DNA of 64,000 bases from assembly GCA_965112155.1 (NCBI GenBank), contig OZ218101.1, one strand, 5' to 3'. Position 1 is the stretch's first letter. Every line of letters begins with the position of its first letter. Under the pieces are notes generated by a model that saw only the letters and a program-made list of their open reading frames with translations, was not told the DNA's origin and did not search any database. This stretch comes from Podarcis liolepis (lineage: Eukaryota). The translations under genes and the position numbers were made by a program. Below, piece after piece: positions 36,801-51,000 of this stretch.

Positions 36801-39800
36801 TACATTAAATACAATTTGACTGTAAAATATATGACTGGCAAAATATCGGTAAGTATTCTGTACATGACTGAGTATTAAAAAACCAGAATGAAATAAAATG
36901 TGTTTGGTAAACTTTCACATTTAAGGCAAAATATATTCTGTTTTACAATATATTCAATCACCACAGAAATTTAGTAACTCTCAAAAAGTTAATTTTCAAA
37001 GATTGGAAACTAATACCCTCTTCTAAGAAAAATACCATTTTCCATAGAACTAATATTCACAGAATAAGCTGCACTATGGGCAAATGTGAGGAAAAATGAG
37101 TTTTACATGTATATTAAAAGCACAAAGAGCAAAATGCACCAAATTTCCTCCTTGCCTCAGACACTGACAAAGTTGAACCACGCATTACAGTACATGCATT
37201 ATTTCTATCTTTGCAAAGTAGGAAAATAACAGACTAATGGTAACGACAAGGATAGAGACTACCACAAGTCGTAACTAAAAAGAATCAAATAATACTTAAT
37301 GTAAGAAATTTCAAGTCTGTGAAGGATGCAGAAATGCAAACTAACCAACCTGGAAAAGCTAGGTAAATAATTTTCATTTCCTAGCTATCATATGAGAACT
37401 TGTATGCTGCCAGAAGACTGAAGAGCATGACAAGTGGCTCAAGTGAAAATTCTGCCCACATAAGAAATATTGGTGAGAAATATTACCTAAGTAATTTCCT
37501 GAGAAACTTAAATATTATATTAGTGTATAAATGAGGGATGGGAGAAACAAACAAACCTCTGTTAGTTTTCCACAAATAGTGCATCTAGACTTATTTAAGA
37601 TTCCTTTTGAGGGATTCTGTTTGTCTTCATAGAAGGACAAGCATGACGTACTGCAAAACTCCTGGAAGGACTCACTTGAATCAACCTGAGCAACAATGGT
37701 ACCTTTCATTGTTGTTATGTCTCTGAAAGATAAGAAGGGAAAGTCCTCTAAATATTAGGAGCCACCATAAAGTACAATAGTCACAGATAGTACAAGATTT
37801 AAAAGTCTGAACAAAAAACTGGGAAGAAGAAGAAGAGTTTCGATTTGATATTCCGCTTTATCGCTACCCGAAGGAGTCTCAAACCAGCTAACGTTCTCCT
37901 TTCCCTTCCTCCCCCACAACAAACACTCTGTGAGGTGAGTGGGGCTGAGAGACTTCAGAGAAGTGTGACTAGCCCAAGGTCACCCAGCAGCATGTGGAGG
38001 AGCGGAGATGCGAACCTGGTTCACCAGATTACAAATCTACCGCTCTTAACTACACCACACTGGGAACAATTTGGTATTGTCAAGAGCCCCCTCCCTCCCA
38101 CCACCCAAAATGGGAGGGGGCATCCCACTGGCTGCATTTGAACATCATGCTAAAAATGGTTTAATGTGACACACACAAGAAGGAACAAGCTGCGCAACCA
38201 AAGACAATGCTTTCACTTCTTCAGTTAAACATAACTTTGGCGTCATCCAAATCCCTGCTTGTGGTTAGCATTAACTATGCTTAAATTTTAAAAAGCCAGC
38301 TTCAGAAAATGTGGTTTGAAGTTAGTTTTTAAAAAGTCAACCACAGTTTGTGTTAACCAGTTTTTTATGGCTGACCTGACAGATTGCAATTAAAAGTGGA
38401 ATCCTTTAAGTTGCTCTTCTAGGCTGAGAGGGAGAATAGGGAGGAGCATGCAAGCCCAAGGCTTACTTCAGCTAGTTCCTGCTTGTTAAACAAGTATTCC
38501 CCAACCTGGTGCCCTCCAGATGTTTTTGACAACAACTTCCGTCACCCTGATCATGGACCATGCTGGCTGGAGCAGACAGTCCCTGTACATAACTGCTGGA
38601 GGGTACCACATTGGCTATCCCTGCTGTAGACTAAGGAGCAGTGCAAATAATGGTTTGCATATCAAAAGCCAGTCTTTTCTCCTTGAGTACAGTGGTACCT
38701 CGCAAGACGAATGCCTCGCAAGACAAAAAACTCGCTAGACGAAAGGTTTTTTTGTTTTTTGAGCTGCTTCGCAAGACGATTTTCCCTATGGGCTTGCTTC
38801 GCAAGACGGAAACGTCTTGCAAGTTTGTTTCCCTTTTCTTAACACCGCTAATACAGTTGCGACTTGACTTCTAGGAGCAACTCATAGAACGCGGTGTGGT
38901 AGCCTTTTTTGAGGTTTTTAAAGACTTTGGTGATTTTTGAAGCTTTTCCAAAACTTTCCCGACACCGTGCTTCGCAAGACGAAAAAATCGCAAGACGACA
39001 AAACTCGCGGAACGAATTAATTTTGTCTTGCGAGGCACCACTGTATCAGGAGATAGGTACACCCCTTCTCATCTTGCAGTGAAAACATAAAAATTCCTTC
39101 CAGTAGCACCTTAAAGACCAACTAAGTTAGTTCTTGGTATGAGCTTTCGTGTGCATGCACACTTCTTCAGATACACTGCTGAAGAAGTGTGCTGAAGAAG
39201 TGCTGAAGAAGTGTGCATGCACACGAAAGCTCATACCAAGAACTAACTTAGTTGGTCTTTAAGGTGCAACTGGAAGGAATTTTTTTATTTTGACTATGGC
39301 AGACCAACACGGCTACCTATCTGTAAGTGAAAACATATTTTCATATATCATGGACACCTAATGCAAACTATGGAGAACAAATCCTGTTTCTTTGTAAATT
39401 AGAGTGTGAAAACGTAGTTCAATCTGTTTATGAAATTATTTTGCCATAGATGCAACTGTAACGTAAAGCCATGGCTTGTGGCAGGAAAGAGGGATCAATT
39501 GCTTTGGGGAGCTGGGAGTGGAGTCTCCCATTTCACAAACCACAATTTAAAAGGAATTAGTCTTATATCTACATCAGTGCTCAATAGTGGTGAAAATGCA
39601 ATGAAGAAAATGGAAAAGTTTATTTGTAAAAGTATTATTTGGAGACACGTGGAATACCATGAGAAGCAAAAATATCAATTATAAACAGAAACACCATAAA
39701 GCAAACGTTTGTTGTTGTTTAACAAAAGGGAATGGGAGCACATTTAATTCTTTTGGGCTGTAGCTGCTCATTGCTCACTAGATACTCACAAACCTGAGGT

Positions 39801-42800
39801 CTCTTGTACTGAAGTATGCATAAGCTAAGCCCTATTAACTTGAAGTGATTTTACTCTAATAAAACAGGAAGACAGCTACCTAGCTGCAGACAGCCAGTGG
39901 ATCAACAGAGTGTTACAATTCTTCTCTCTCAGTAAACCTGACAGCTTCAAAAGCAAAGTTATACATTTTTAAATTACAAGTTGATGTCAAAATCAATTTA
40001 TCTAACTGTCCAGCATGTCTCGATGTAGCAGTTAATATTGTTTAGATGGGTAACTTAAAAGGGTTTCAAGAATATTAACACACTGGATTTAATCGTGTTT
40101 CATTAACAAAGCAAAGCAGGACTTGGCACCACCCACAGACCTCACTGCTAGCACTCAACAAATGTGTACAAATTAGGCCAAAATGCTCCACCCATGCTTC
40201 CCACAAGTCTCAGCTTAATTTTATATTTTGCTTTTTCAGAACTGTTTATACACCCACATCATTAGTGCCAAACAGCATTCTTCATGGATTCCAGAAGAGG
40301 AAACAGTGAACAAAACTAAGATGCTAAGTAGTACGAAATTTAACTAGGTTTGTTCCTCTTTCCAAGTCTCAGTATTGGCATAGGATTATATTATACAGAG
40401 AAAAACTAAACATGCGTGTGATAAGGAGAAAACTTTTTATACAAACCACCTTCATTTTAGTTATTTTATATTTTTTCATGTTAATTGTTTAGAGGTTTTT
40501 GCTGATTAAGCGTTATATAAATTTTGTTAGCTAAATAATGATCGATCCATGGTTAGCTCAATGTGAATGGGCACTCAAGCCAACAATTTCCCATCTCCCA
40601 CTATGAGCAAATCATGGTTTGTGCTTAACTATAGTTTGCTTTATCAAGAAGACCCTTCAAAATGGGCTAATGATTTGGTCATTACATCTGAACCAACTCA
40701 ATGCCTATCAGTTTTTATGACAAGTATGAACAAGAATAAGTTGAAAGAGGGTAGCTCATTCATGTCCTGGATAAACTGCTTTGAGGACGGGTTTTTTTAT
40801 ATAAAAAACCAACTATCAAGCAGTGTATATATTTTATGAAATAAATAAATGAATGAATAAAAATAATATATTTTACTGAGTTCTTGGAACGTTGAACAGG
40901 AATACTGATCACATTGGCAAGGATCAAGCAGTAAGATCTATCCCTTACTTTTTGCACATAACACAGAGTTTCTTTGGAGCTGGTTTATGCGAGAATGATG
41001 AAAGGCAGGTAGTGGAACAAAAAAGGTGAACTGATCCTTTCCGCTGATATGCAGTCTGGCCCTTCTGCAAAGGTTTCTTGCAGTTAGCACATGTGACTTT
41101 GACCTGCTTAGAAGGCTGCTGTTGTGTAGGAGGCTGGAAGACTTGTTTTGGGAGGGATGCCACCGGTGACAGAGAATCCACACCTGGTTGTTTCTGATTT
41201 CTTGGAAATGAAGCTGACTGAGATATCCAGGAATCTTAAAGAGACAAAATAGATAAAGTTAAAATTTAAAAATTACCTCTCAATATGACAAGCAATTTGA
41301 CAGTGAAGGAGAATATTCTGTTCCCAGTGTAGGTAAAAGAGACGCACTCAGTTTTTCCAAAAGGCTAAATGATAAGTGTTAGTAACATAAAAAGATGTTG
41401 GGATACAACAATGCCCATACTGCATAATAAATATTTGCAGATCACCACCTGCTAGTCATGGGAATAGCAATAGAATGCCCTGTCTTCAAAATTCCAACAC
41501 AATGCTCAGGAGAATTCCGTGAACGTGAAGACATTATCCTACTCTGTGATAACTGACTTTGAAGATGGAACAGAGGGGGTGGGGAAGACGATATCAGAAT
41601 TGGGGAAACCTTTTTCAGCATTCACATCTGAGGACCAAATTCTAGCGGTAGGCAGGGCCACACTGAATGGATCAACAAATGTACAGTACACTGGTTTCTA
41701 CACACACTCACACACCTCTCTATCCTCCATCAGAAAACTATTATCAGAGTTCAAGAGCATATTCTAGCCAGGCACATGCACTTGGGTTACAAAGCAGGGT
41801 CAGTGCGGGTTATAGCTTGAGGAGTGTTTCCGGCGCCAGATGGAAAGGCCTGGAGAGCCACATTCAGCACCCAGGCCTCAGGTTGCCCACTCAAGATTTA
41901 AAACAAATTTGCTGTATGCCTCACTTTCAAGGAGGAAGTAAAAAGCCCTTCCACTGTTCGGATTCTGTTCTTAGACCAAGGTAAAGTTCTCAAACCGGGA
42001 CACTACTTCTGGTTTTGTGGTGTTCGTAAACCGAATCATTTGTAAACAGGACTGTTCTTAAACCGAGATACCTATGTTTTAATTACATATTTAGGTTGTC
42101 ACTCTAATGATTATGCATACATACACACGTACATAATTTTATTTGTATGCCACTCAAGGCGGCTTGCAACATGAAGGAAATATCTAATTACAACATAACA
42201 AAAATGGTCATAAACATCAAAGCATACACAACCAAATCGAACAATTTCCACACAAAACATATGATCTAATTTTTATGGTATTTTGTGTTTGAACTTTGTA
42301 TACAATCATAATATTTTATACAGTGCTATAGAAATTTCAATAATTTGCCATTTAGAAATGGAGATGATAAAATAACTAATTGGTAAATGTTAAGCTGTGC
42401 CATGATTTGAGTAACTGGACTTCACTATCTTAAGGAACTGAAACTTCTCATATACAAATAGATCAGTACAGTGGTACCTCGCAAGACGAATGCCTCACAA
42501 GACGAAAAACGTGCAAGACGAAAGAGTTTTCCGTTTTTTGAGTCATTCCGCAAGATGAATTTCCCTATGGGCTTGCTTTGCAAGACGAAACATCTTGCGA
42601 GTTCTTGCGAGTTTGTTTCCTTTTTCTTAAAGCCGCTAATAGCCGTGCTTCGCAAGAAGAAAAAACCGCAAGACGAAGAGACTCGCAGAACGGATTAATT
42701 TCGTCTTGCGAGGCACCACTGTATTTGTTTAATAACACACTTCAGCACTTAACTTTGGACATTATCATAAAACCCTAACTCATCTCCTCTACCATTAACC

Positions 42801-45012
42801 TGTGACGTGAAAACAATCTCTGTAGATTGTCTATGGAGACTGTCCTTCATGAAACAAAACCTATATTCTATAGTGTGGATGAAAACCTTTTTAGATCCAC
42901 ATCACATTAATCAGCGAATGGCTCTAGAAGCACCCTGAAACGAACAGCAAACAACAAAACCAAGAAGATAAAGGTAACAAACTACTCAAGAAATAGATAA
43001 GAGAGAAGAAAACAAGGACAATGTTTGCCCAAGAGCAAGGACATCATCTCTGATAATGATGCCTCTGCCAAAAGGTATTGAGCGGGAAGTTGGGGGCCAT
43101 GCTCCCATGCACACTGAGAGAAGGGGGGAAAGCTCACCCAAAAACCTAGCTCTAGAAAGTTCTCAGCAATGATCTGCATATGTACAGCACCCATTTGTGA
43201 AACCATTTCTGAAACCAAATGTTTTGCTTAGAAATCTTGGTTTGAAAAATCCACCTTGTTTTCAACCATTGTTTGGTAGTACAAATAATCCCAGCATCCT
43301 TTCTTAACCATGGTTTGTGATCACTCCTCTAAACGCTGACTAAAGTCACAAGATAAGAACAACTGAAAAGCCCAACCTTGGGAGAAACTTAACCATGGCC
43401 AAGCCTCTGTGTCCCAACATTGCATATTACTGACACCTAATGAAGTTGTTTACATTTTTATATGGGGGGGGCGCTATTTTGGCCATATAATGGTGGGAAG
43501 TTTTCCTGGAAGTTCAGAAATTAATAAAAAATAATAATATTTATACCCTGCCCATCTGGCTGGATTTCCCCAGACACTCTGGGCAGCTTACAGAATATAT
43601 AAAACATAATAAAGCATCAAACATCAAAAACTTAAAATCCCCTATCTGTAATTACGTTCAGATGCAGATTTACACTTTTATAAGCAGATTGTCCTAATAC
43701 GGCTTTTAAGGTGTAGTACATAACCGTAAAGTCTGTCAACCACCCAACATTGTTCAAGCAATGTCTATTGCCAAAATGGAATCTGGAAAGTTGCTCACTG
43801 AGTGGTATGAAGACATTGTAATAATTAATTAACTAATTAAAACCCCCAGAGTGAACTTAAATGGTTAAATTGGACAATGAGGAAGGGAGCTTGTCCTCCA
43901 AACAAAAACCTATGGGTTTTCCATTCTGGTTTCAAGTGCAAGCACTAATAACAGTTGCCAATTTGGGTATTACATAAACCATGATTAGAGTAGAGGAAAA
44001 CCATCCACAGAAAAAGGAGGTAAGGAACAAGAACTCCATGAATCTGCAGTATTTTCATTGTAGTTGTTGGCATCAGTCTGACTCGGGAGACATTGGAGGA
44101 GTGTGCTTCTGGGGGTAAAGTCGAACTGGAGAGTTACAGCTCCCGCTAGGGCTATAGAGATTAATATGAGAGGCATGTTTTATTGCAGGTGAGGCAGATG
44201 TAGGCATCCAGTTTTGTTGCTACAGGTGCACCATGGCACTTCTCTCTGTGCTGCTCCCAGCAGTCTTTCATCCTCTGGTCACTGCTGTGGATATACAACC
44301 TGCCTCACTGTATTTTCATAAGATTACTTTTTGTAGAGAAAAAATTACAAAAACTGCTACTTGAGAGAAGACTGGCGAGCTCTTCCAAACAATGAGACAC
44401 ATGTGGGAAATGGGTCCTTCATTAACCAAACTATAATTGGTTATCTTTCGGTATTAACCACAGTTCCCAATTATAAAATAAAATAAAATATCTCATTTTC
44501 ATTTATTTAATTTACTCCTATGTAGAAATGACTGTATATGGTACTTAATATGGAAAATCTCTTTGGTTTGGTCAAAATGACTTCAGTCTTTACTTTAGCA
44601 CAAAATGTTTAAAGGTTGGAGTGGCGGTCAGGGAGCATGTTAAAATGTTTAATATTGGCCCAAAGGCACTATGAATTTGTGAAAGAATGAACCTCAGTGT
44701 TTAAATCTAACAGCATCTAAAGTTAAAATAATTGGTCACTGTCTCTTCGAGCTCCTGCCGTCAGGACGGAGATACAGGACGATGAAGACAAGAACGAGCC
44801 GTCTTAAGAACAGCTTCTTCCCCAGAGCGATCTCGGCCCTGAATGGGAAGCCTGGACTTTGAAAGTCATCTAATCTTCCTTGCTGTTTTATATTGTATTG
44901 TTTTAATTAGTGTTTTTATAGTTGTTTTGATTTTGTGTGGAGTGCCCTACCTGGGTGGATGGAGCAGCCAAGTAATTTCGTTGTCCCCGAGAGGGGGCAA
45001 TGACAAGAAAGA

Positions 45013-45057
<45 letters not shown>

Positions 45058-48000
45058 CCATTTCAGTGAGTAAGATAAAATAGCATTTGACACCTGTAAA
45101 TCACATACTGTATATAAGCTCCTGTTCATCCATGGACTGAAGAATGTGCTATTAAGTACCTCAGTGCACATACATACTGCAAGAAATTTGTACATGGAAT
45201 TGTGAAATGCTAAAATCCACAAGTAGGTTTCTGGTCAATTGCTACAGAAAATTAATGTACAGAAACCTGGTAGTGATAATTGATGTAATTGCGTAACAAG
45301 GCAAACTCAGATTTAATTGTCTACAATATAGGAGTGATAGAGACCTACCTCACATGATTGTAAATCAGTTTATACATGAAGCTTTATGGCCAAGCTTCAT
45401 AAAGTTCTGAAACACCAGTCACTTACAGTGGTGTCCGTAACATATTCAGGCAACCTCTTTTGACCAGAGCTGCATTTGTCCTTTATGTATGAAACTGTTT
45501 ATCAGGTGCAAAAATTAAGCACCTTCAGAAAGAAACTCAAGTTTTCATTAGTTTCAGATCTTTCTTAGAGAGAAACAAAGCTTGATTGGTGAAATCTCAA
45601 GAACTAAAAAAGGGGCTGAGCAGATTTGGAGGTCAGAGTTTTTAGCAGGCAACCCTTTTCCCCTGCTCAAACGTTAGCAGAAGAATTATACCTCTATGCC
45701 GCTGTGCAAATTTTGTTCTACATGTGTAACTTAGGGATCTTGTGGGCACAGGTTTATATCTTTCTTTTGACACATAGTATATACAATTCTTTTGTAATCT
45801 TCCACTGTTTGGTTTTTAAATTTAATGTTTTGGTGACAATATTAATGTTTGTTTTATTTTCTGTAAACTGCTTAGAGATATATAATTTGTTAAATAAATA
45901 AATAGATGGATCCTCACTCTTTTCTTCTGGAAGCAAAATTTTGTTCTCCCCACCCCTTTTGACCCTTCTCATGTGCTCCAAGTTACTTGGATCTATGCTC
46001 AAAACTGCATCCAACACTTTCCTTACAATAATGAGCTGGTTTCTGCTTAAGGTTTATTATTTCCACTCCTCTTAACAAAACATGGTTTGGACCTATCCTA
46101 TCCCATTTAAATGAACACACATATAAGAAACAGTGACCAGAACCCAGACAACTCCCAAAACCAAGCCCCAGAAAAGTTTGGTTGTGATGCCAGAGCAAAG
46201 GGAATAAAGGTCTGCTGGTTGAACCATTAGCAGATCTTGTTAAAAGTAACCAGGCCTCCCTCTCTATTTATCATACATAAATGAACAAAATTATCAACTT
46301 TACAGGGCTGCAAAAACTGTCTTAATCCATGGATAACTAAAGTAGCTAAGCTTAACACTCTCAACCAGAGCAGGGTGTATAGAAGCTCTCTTGAAAATTC
46401 AAACATGTTCAACTCAACATATAAAGGAAATGGGGAGGGAAGGAGAGAATGTATTTTGAAGCCAAGCAAAAAAGATGCCATATTGTATTTATTGCTGTGG
46501 GGTTTCTACTGCACCCAATATTCATAAAGCCACCAGTGACACTATTCACTCATGAGACATTATCCTATATCCCTGGATATTTCTAGCTGGTATCTTCAAT
46601 GGCAGCTAAAGTTCCACTACTGCCCAATCTTACTAACTTGAAGACACCCCAGTGTGTGAGAACTTCACCCTTCTCCACTCAAAAATCTAAAAAGGCAGCT
46701 AATAATTTGCCGTCCGAGAACTGAACATCTTGGATGAAAGTGCCTTTAGGGGAGTTCTCTATGGATAACAATTTAAGAATCCTTTAAGAAATAAACAACT
46801 TCTGAACAGCACCTGATTACAGACAGATTAGAAGTGGTCAAAACCTGTTTACTTAAAAACTTCTTGATCCCCATCAGTCCAGAAACTCCTTTGATGCTAA
46901 GCAATGGTAACAGAAGATGCTCCTTTGAACATGTTACTGATAAGTGAATTAATGTGGATGTGCATTAAGTGCACCTCACAACACCCTGAGCCCCAAGGGG
47001 ACTAGGACCTCAGTATCAGGAGGTAAGCATGAGGGCTTGGGAAATGGCTGTATATGCCATGACGATAATAACTCCATATGGCAACCTATCAAGGTTGACT
47101 GACTCTAAGTCTCCTCCACCCTTAGATATTAAGTTCTTGTCATGAAACATTGTGAGCTGGAGAAATAAGGCAAATGACTGTGAGTTCCTAGGAGACCTGG
47201 TCTCAAACCCCAATAGTAATTGAAGGCTTTAAAGCCTATTCACTGCCAGCCTTCAAACTAAACCCAAAAGGTAGATTCCACCCAGTTTATCCATTCTTAC
47301 TGCTCTATGTTTAGATTGAAACCTGACATTCCTTCAAGCCTGTAGCTCTACAATCTAAGCCAGGCATAGGCAAACTCAGCCCTCCAGATGTTTTGGGACT
47401 ATAACTCCCATCATCCCTAGCTAACAGGACCAATGGTCAGGGATGATGGGAGTTGTAGTCCCAAAAACATATGGAGGGACAAGTTTGCCTATGCCTGATC
47501 TAAGCCTTCAAGTTGGATTAGAATCAAGGGACACTTGCCAAAATCTATGCAGATATATCTCCCTGCACAGAGATGCCCTCCCCATTTCTTCACTGAAGCA
47601 GTTTGCAACAACAAATTCCCTCTACTGAAATAATCTTAGCATGTGACTTTAACGAGAGGGTGGGCAATGATGACTCTGCACTTCTCAGAGTGCTTGGACT
47701 TGACCAAGGTAATTCTCTACCTGCCTTTAACTGTCTACTGTTCTAAGGACAACATCTTGAACAATGCAGGCATATGCCTCACCAATTTTTGCATTCAATT
47801 CAGTAAAGTCTTGCTCAATTACTCAGTGAGTTTTGATAATTCCGGAGAGTTCACCTATATATCAACAAGGGGTTAACTGTGTGCTTGACTATTTCCTAGT
47901 TTCCCCAGTATCGGGGGGATTGAGTCCTGGTGGGCAATTGCACTGTTAAATGACCACTTATTTTTGACCTTGGCCATAGAACTTAACTGTCCTGTGCTCA

Positions 48001-51000
48001 CACCTTTCCTGCCCAACTCCTGATGAAAACATAAGACATTCTGCCAAGAATTCCTTGGACTGCATAAATTCCATCCATTATTTAAAACCAAGACAACACT
48101 GGAGTGCAGTTTCTGTAATTAACCCAGAATACCCCCAAGAAGCTATCAAAATCTATGAACATCTAACTGATTTTTCAAAACAACAATTTAAGGTGTGGAA
48201 ACAATCCAGGGAGTCTTTTACTAACAAGTGGTTTGACAAGGAACATAGAGCTCTAAAATCTTATATCCAGAATATTTCTTGACAATACTGGAAGGAAGAG
48301 GGTGCTGCCTGCTTCCAGAATATTTTAGTTCTAAAAATCTACTGCGGTATCTTACTAAAAAAGAGAGAGAACTGAATATACTAACAAGCAATAACTTCAA
48401 ATAAGCTCTAGGAAATTCTGGTTCTTGGTCTCTGAGGAACTCAACACCAAAGACCTCCCCACTCCATCCATTTCGCTTAGTAGTTGGTATCATTACTTTG
48501 CAAGTGTCTTGCACAAGGAACGACTAGATGGAGTGGCATGTCACCATTCTATGCTCCCAATCTCACCAGATGAAATAAAAATGCTAATAGTCCAGCTAAA
48601 GAAAGGGAAGGGCATCTGGTCCAGATGTGATAGGCTCCAAAGTACTAAAATTAGACCTGACTGGTGAACCCCTTTGCTGGCTAACCTGTTCACATCGGTG
48701 AATAACACTGGATTCATGCCAGAGGCATGGACAAGAGCAATAACAGTTCCAATATATAAAGGGAGACCATATAATACCATCTAACTATAGATCAATAAGT
48801 CTTTTCCCTATCGTGGGTAAGTTATATGCTAAACATCTATTGGGTAAACTTACACTTTGGATGTCTCAACTTGCAATACTAGGCCCAGAGCAGGTGGTCT
48901 TTTGCCAGGGTAAACTATTCTGGACCACTGTGTCATCCTATCTCACCCAGATAGAATCTAGACATATAAAAACCGCTCTGAAAATGCTTTTTGTTAAAGT
49001 GCTTTTAAAAATACATTGAATTTTCCATAAAGCTCACAATCACCACCTAGTGTCACATTGTATAAAGCACACATAAAATGTTTTATTTGCAGCTGTATAG
49101 CTGAGTCCCGTTGATAAATATTCTAAGGCATCCAAGTCAAAGCTCTATACGATCTTCGTGGACCTAAAAGGAACCTTTGATTCAATCCCAATTTATACTC
49201 TGGAATAAATTAACCAGAATGAATATTAGCATAAAGTTACTTTTTCTTATTAGGAAATTATATGCCTCCATGAGCTGCCAGTGAAATGCTCCCAACTAGG
49301 CAGGCGAATCCTAAAAAAGTATTGCCAACAAAGGGGAGGAAACAGGGTTGCATCTCAGTCCCTTACTTATTCAATCATTGTTCTCTGTTTATGTGGGGTT
49401 GGTGCCCACTGCCCGAAGCTTAGCTCCATTCAATATTCCCATTCTATTATGCAGGTGTGATTGAGGGCCACTCAGTGTTGAGTGCCCCAGAGACAAAGAA
49501 CCAGAATCCCCACCAATGTAGAGCTTTTTTCCTTGCAAGATTTAACATCATGCCATCTGCGACTGTAAGGAAGATTCTAGAAAATTCCTTATTCAGAAAG
49601 ATATGGTCCCTGTGGTATAAACTAGTCAAAACCATTGCACATGTTTTATTTTACTGCCCATTTTACACAGAAAATCTGCAATAAATATATAAACCCCATG
49701 CTGAAAGGAAGGTTAAATTGCCCTGACTTCTCCAGGGTTTCCTTTCTACTAAACAGCTGTAGGCCTGCCATTATGGATAATGTAGCAAAATTTCTGAGAG
49801 ATACCATGAAACTACATCGCTATAGGATTTGAGAGGCACTTTTAAAGCTTATTATGTCTGTACCATATTAGTTTTATCTGAAAGTATCTCATATTATGAA
49901 CAGATGCCAATTTTATGCTTTGACTGCTCCTTCTTCAGTAATCACATTATTGTTTTACAGCTCTGAAAAGGAGTGAGGTTGTTGGTCTGTTTTTGTTCTT
50001 GTTTTTATTATGTACTTTGTGTTCTCCTTGTGTATTTTTATGTTTTGAACCACCCTGTGATCTTTGGAGGAAGGGTGGTATACAAATTTAAATAAATAAA
50101 TAAATAAAATTCTTAACAAATGAAATATATTTTTATCCAGTAACTGAAACAATATTTTCCTTTTTTTATAATAGGGAATACCGTATTTTTTGCACCATAA
50201 CACTCACTTTTTTCCTCCTAGAAAGTAAGGGGAAATGTCTGTGCGTGTTATGGAGGGAATGCTTACGGGTGGCAAGCCTACGGATTTTCCTCCTCTAAAA
50301 ACTATGTGCGTGTTATGGTCGGGTGCGTGTTATAGAGTGAAAAATACGGTAATTATTCTATCCAGCAACTAACAATCCCTTCTGGAAAGTACACTATGTT
50401 CACTCATAAGCAAGCTACACCAAACAATGGGCCTAACTCTTCAACAGCTACTCACCTTGGTCTCAAATTAAGATATAATTCTGTAGCACAGAAGGTTCTG
50501 TGGGCTACTTGGTCCAAGGAGAATATGCTTTAATTGTTATAGTAACCAGCTATTATGCACACTTGTTCAGCAAACATACTAATTACAGTGGAAAACTCCG
50601 TTTAAATAACCTTGATTAAATAAATGCAGCCTGATTTGTAAACCTGTACCGTGGTCTCAAAAATGGAAAAAATAATCCACAATGTAACTGCTATTATTAG
50701 TTGTGCCGCTTGTAGAAGAAATATATATTTGCATAAAAAGGTACAACCTACCAGGGTTATGATGAGTCGCAGATTCTCCATTCTGAAAGACATCTCCAGC
50801 TACGTTCATTCTACCAGGATTGAAAGGTCCTACACCAGTCTTGGTCTGTGAAGTTAAAGATGGGGTGTATGTTTGTATATTAACACCAAAATTACTTGAC
50901 TGCAGTCCGTTAGATACATCTCCCAAGTTGGTATTCTGTAGTGATGTTACATGTGTAATCATTAAGTTCATGTCACGCCCTTCAGTATTTTCTAAACGGC

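Noticed and set aside
39178-39213. Short direct repeats resembling a CRISPR-like array
   Set aside because: Eukaryotic context, no spacers; explained as junction stutter of the Penelope-derived insert.
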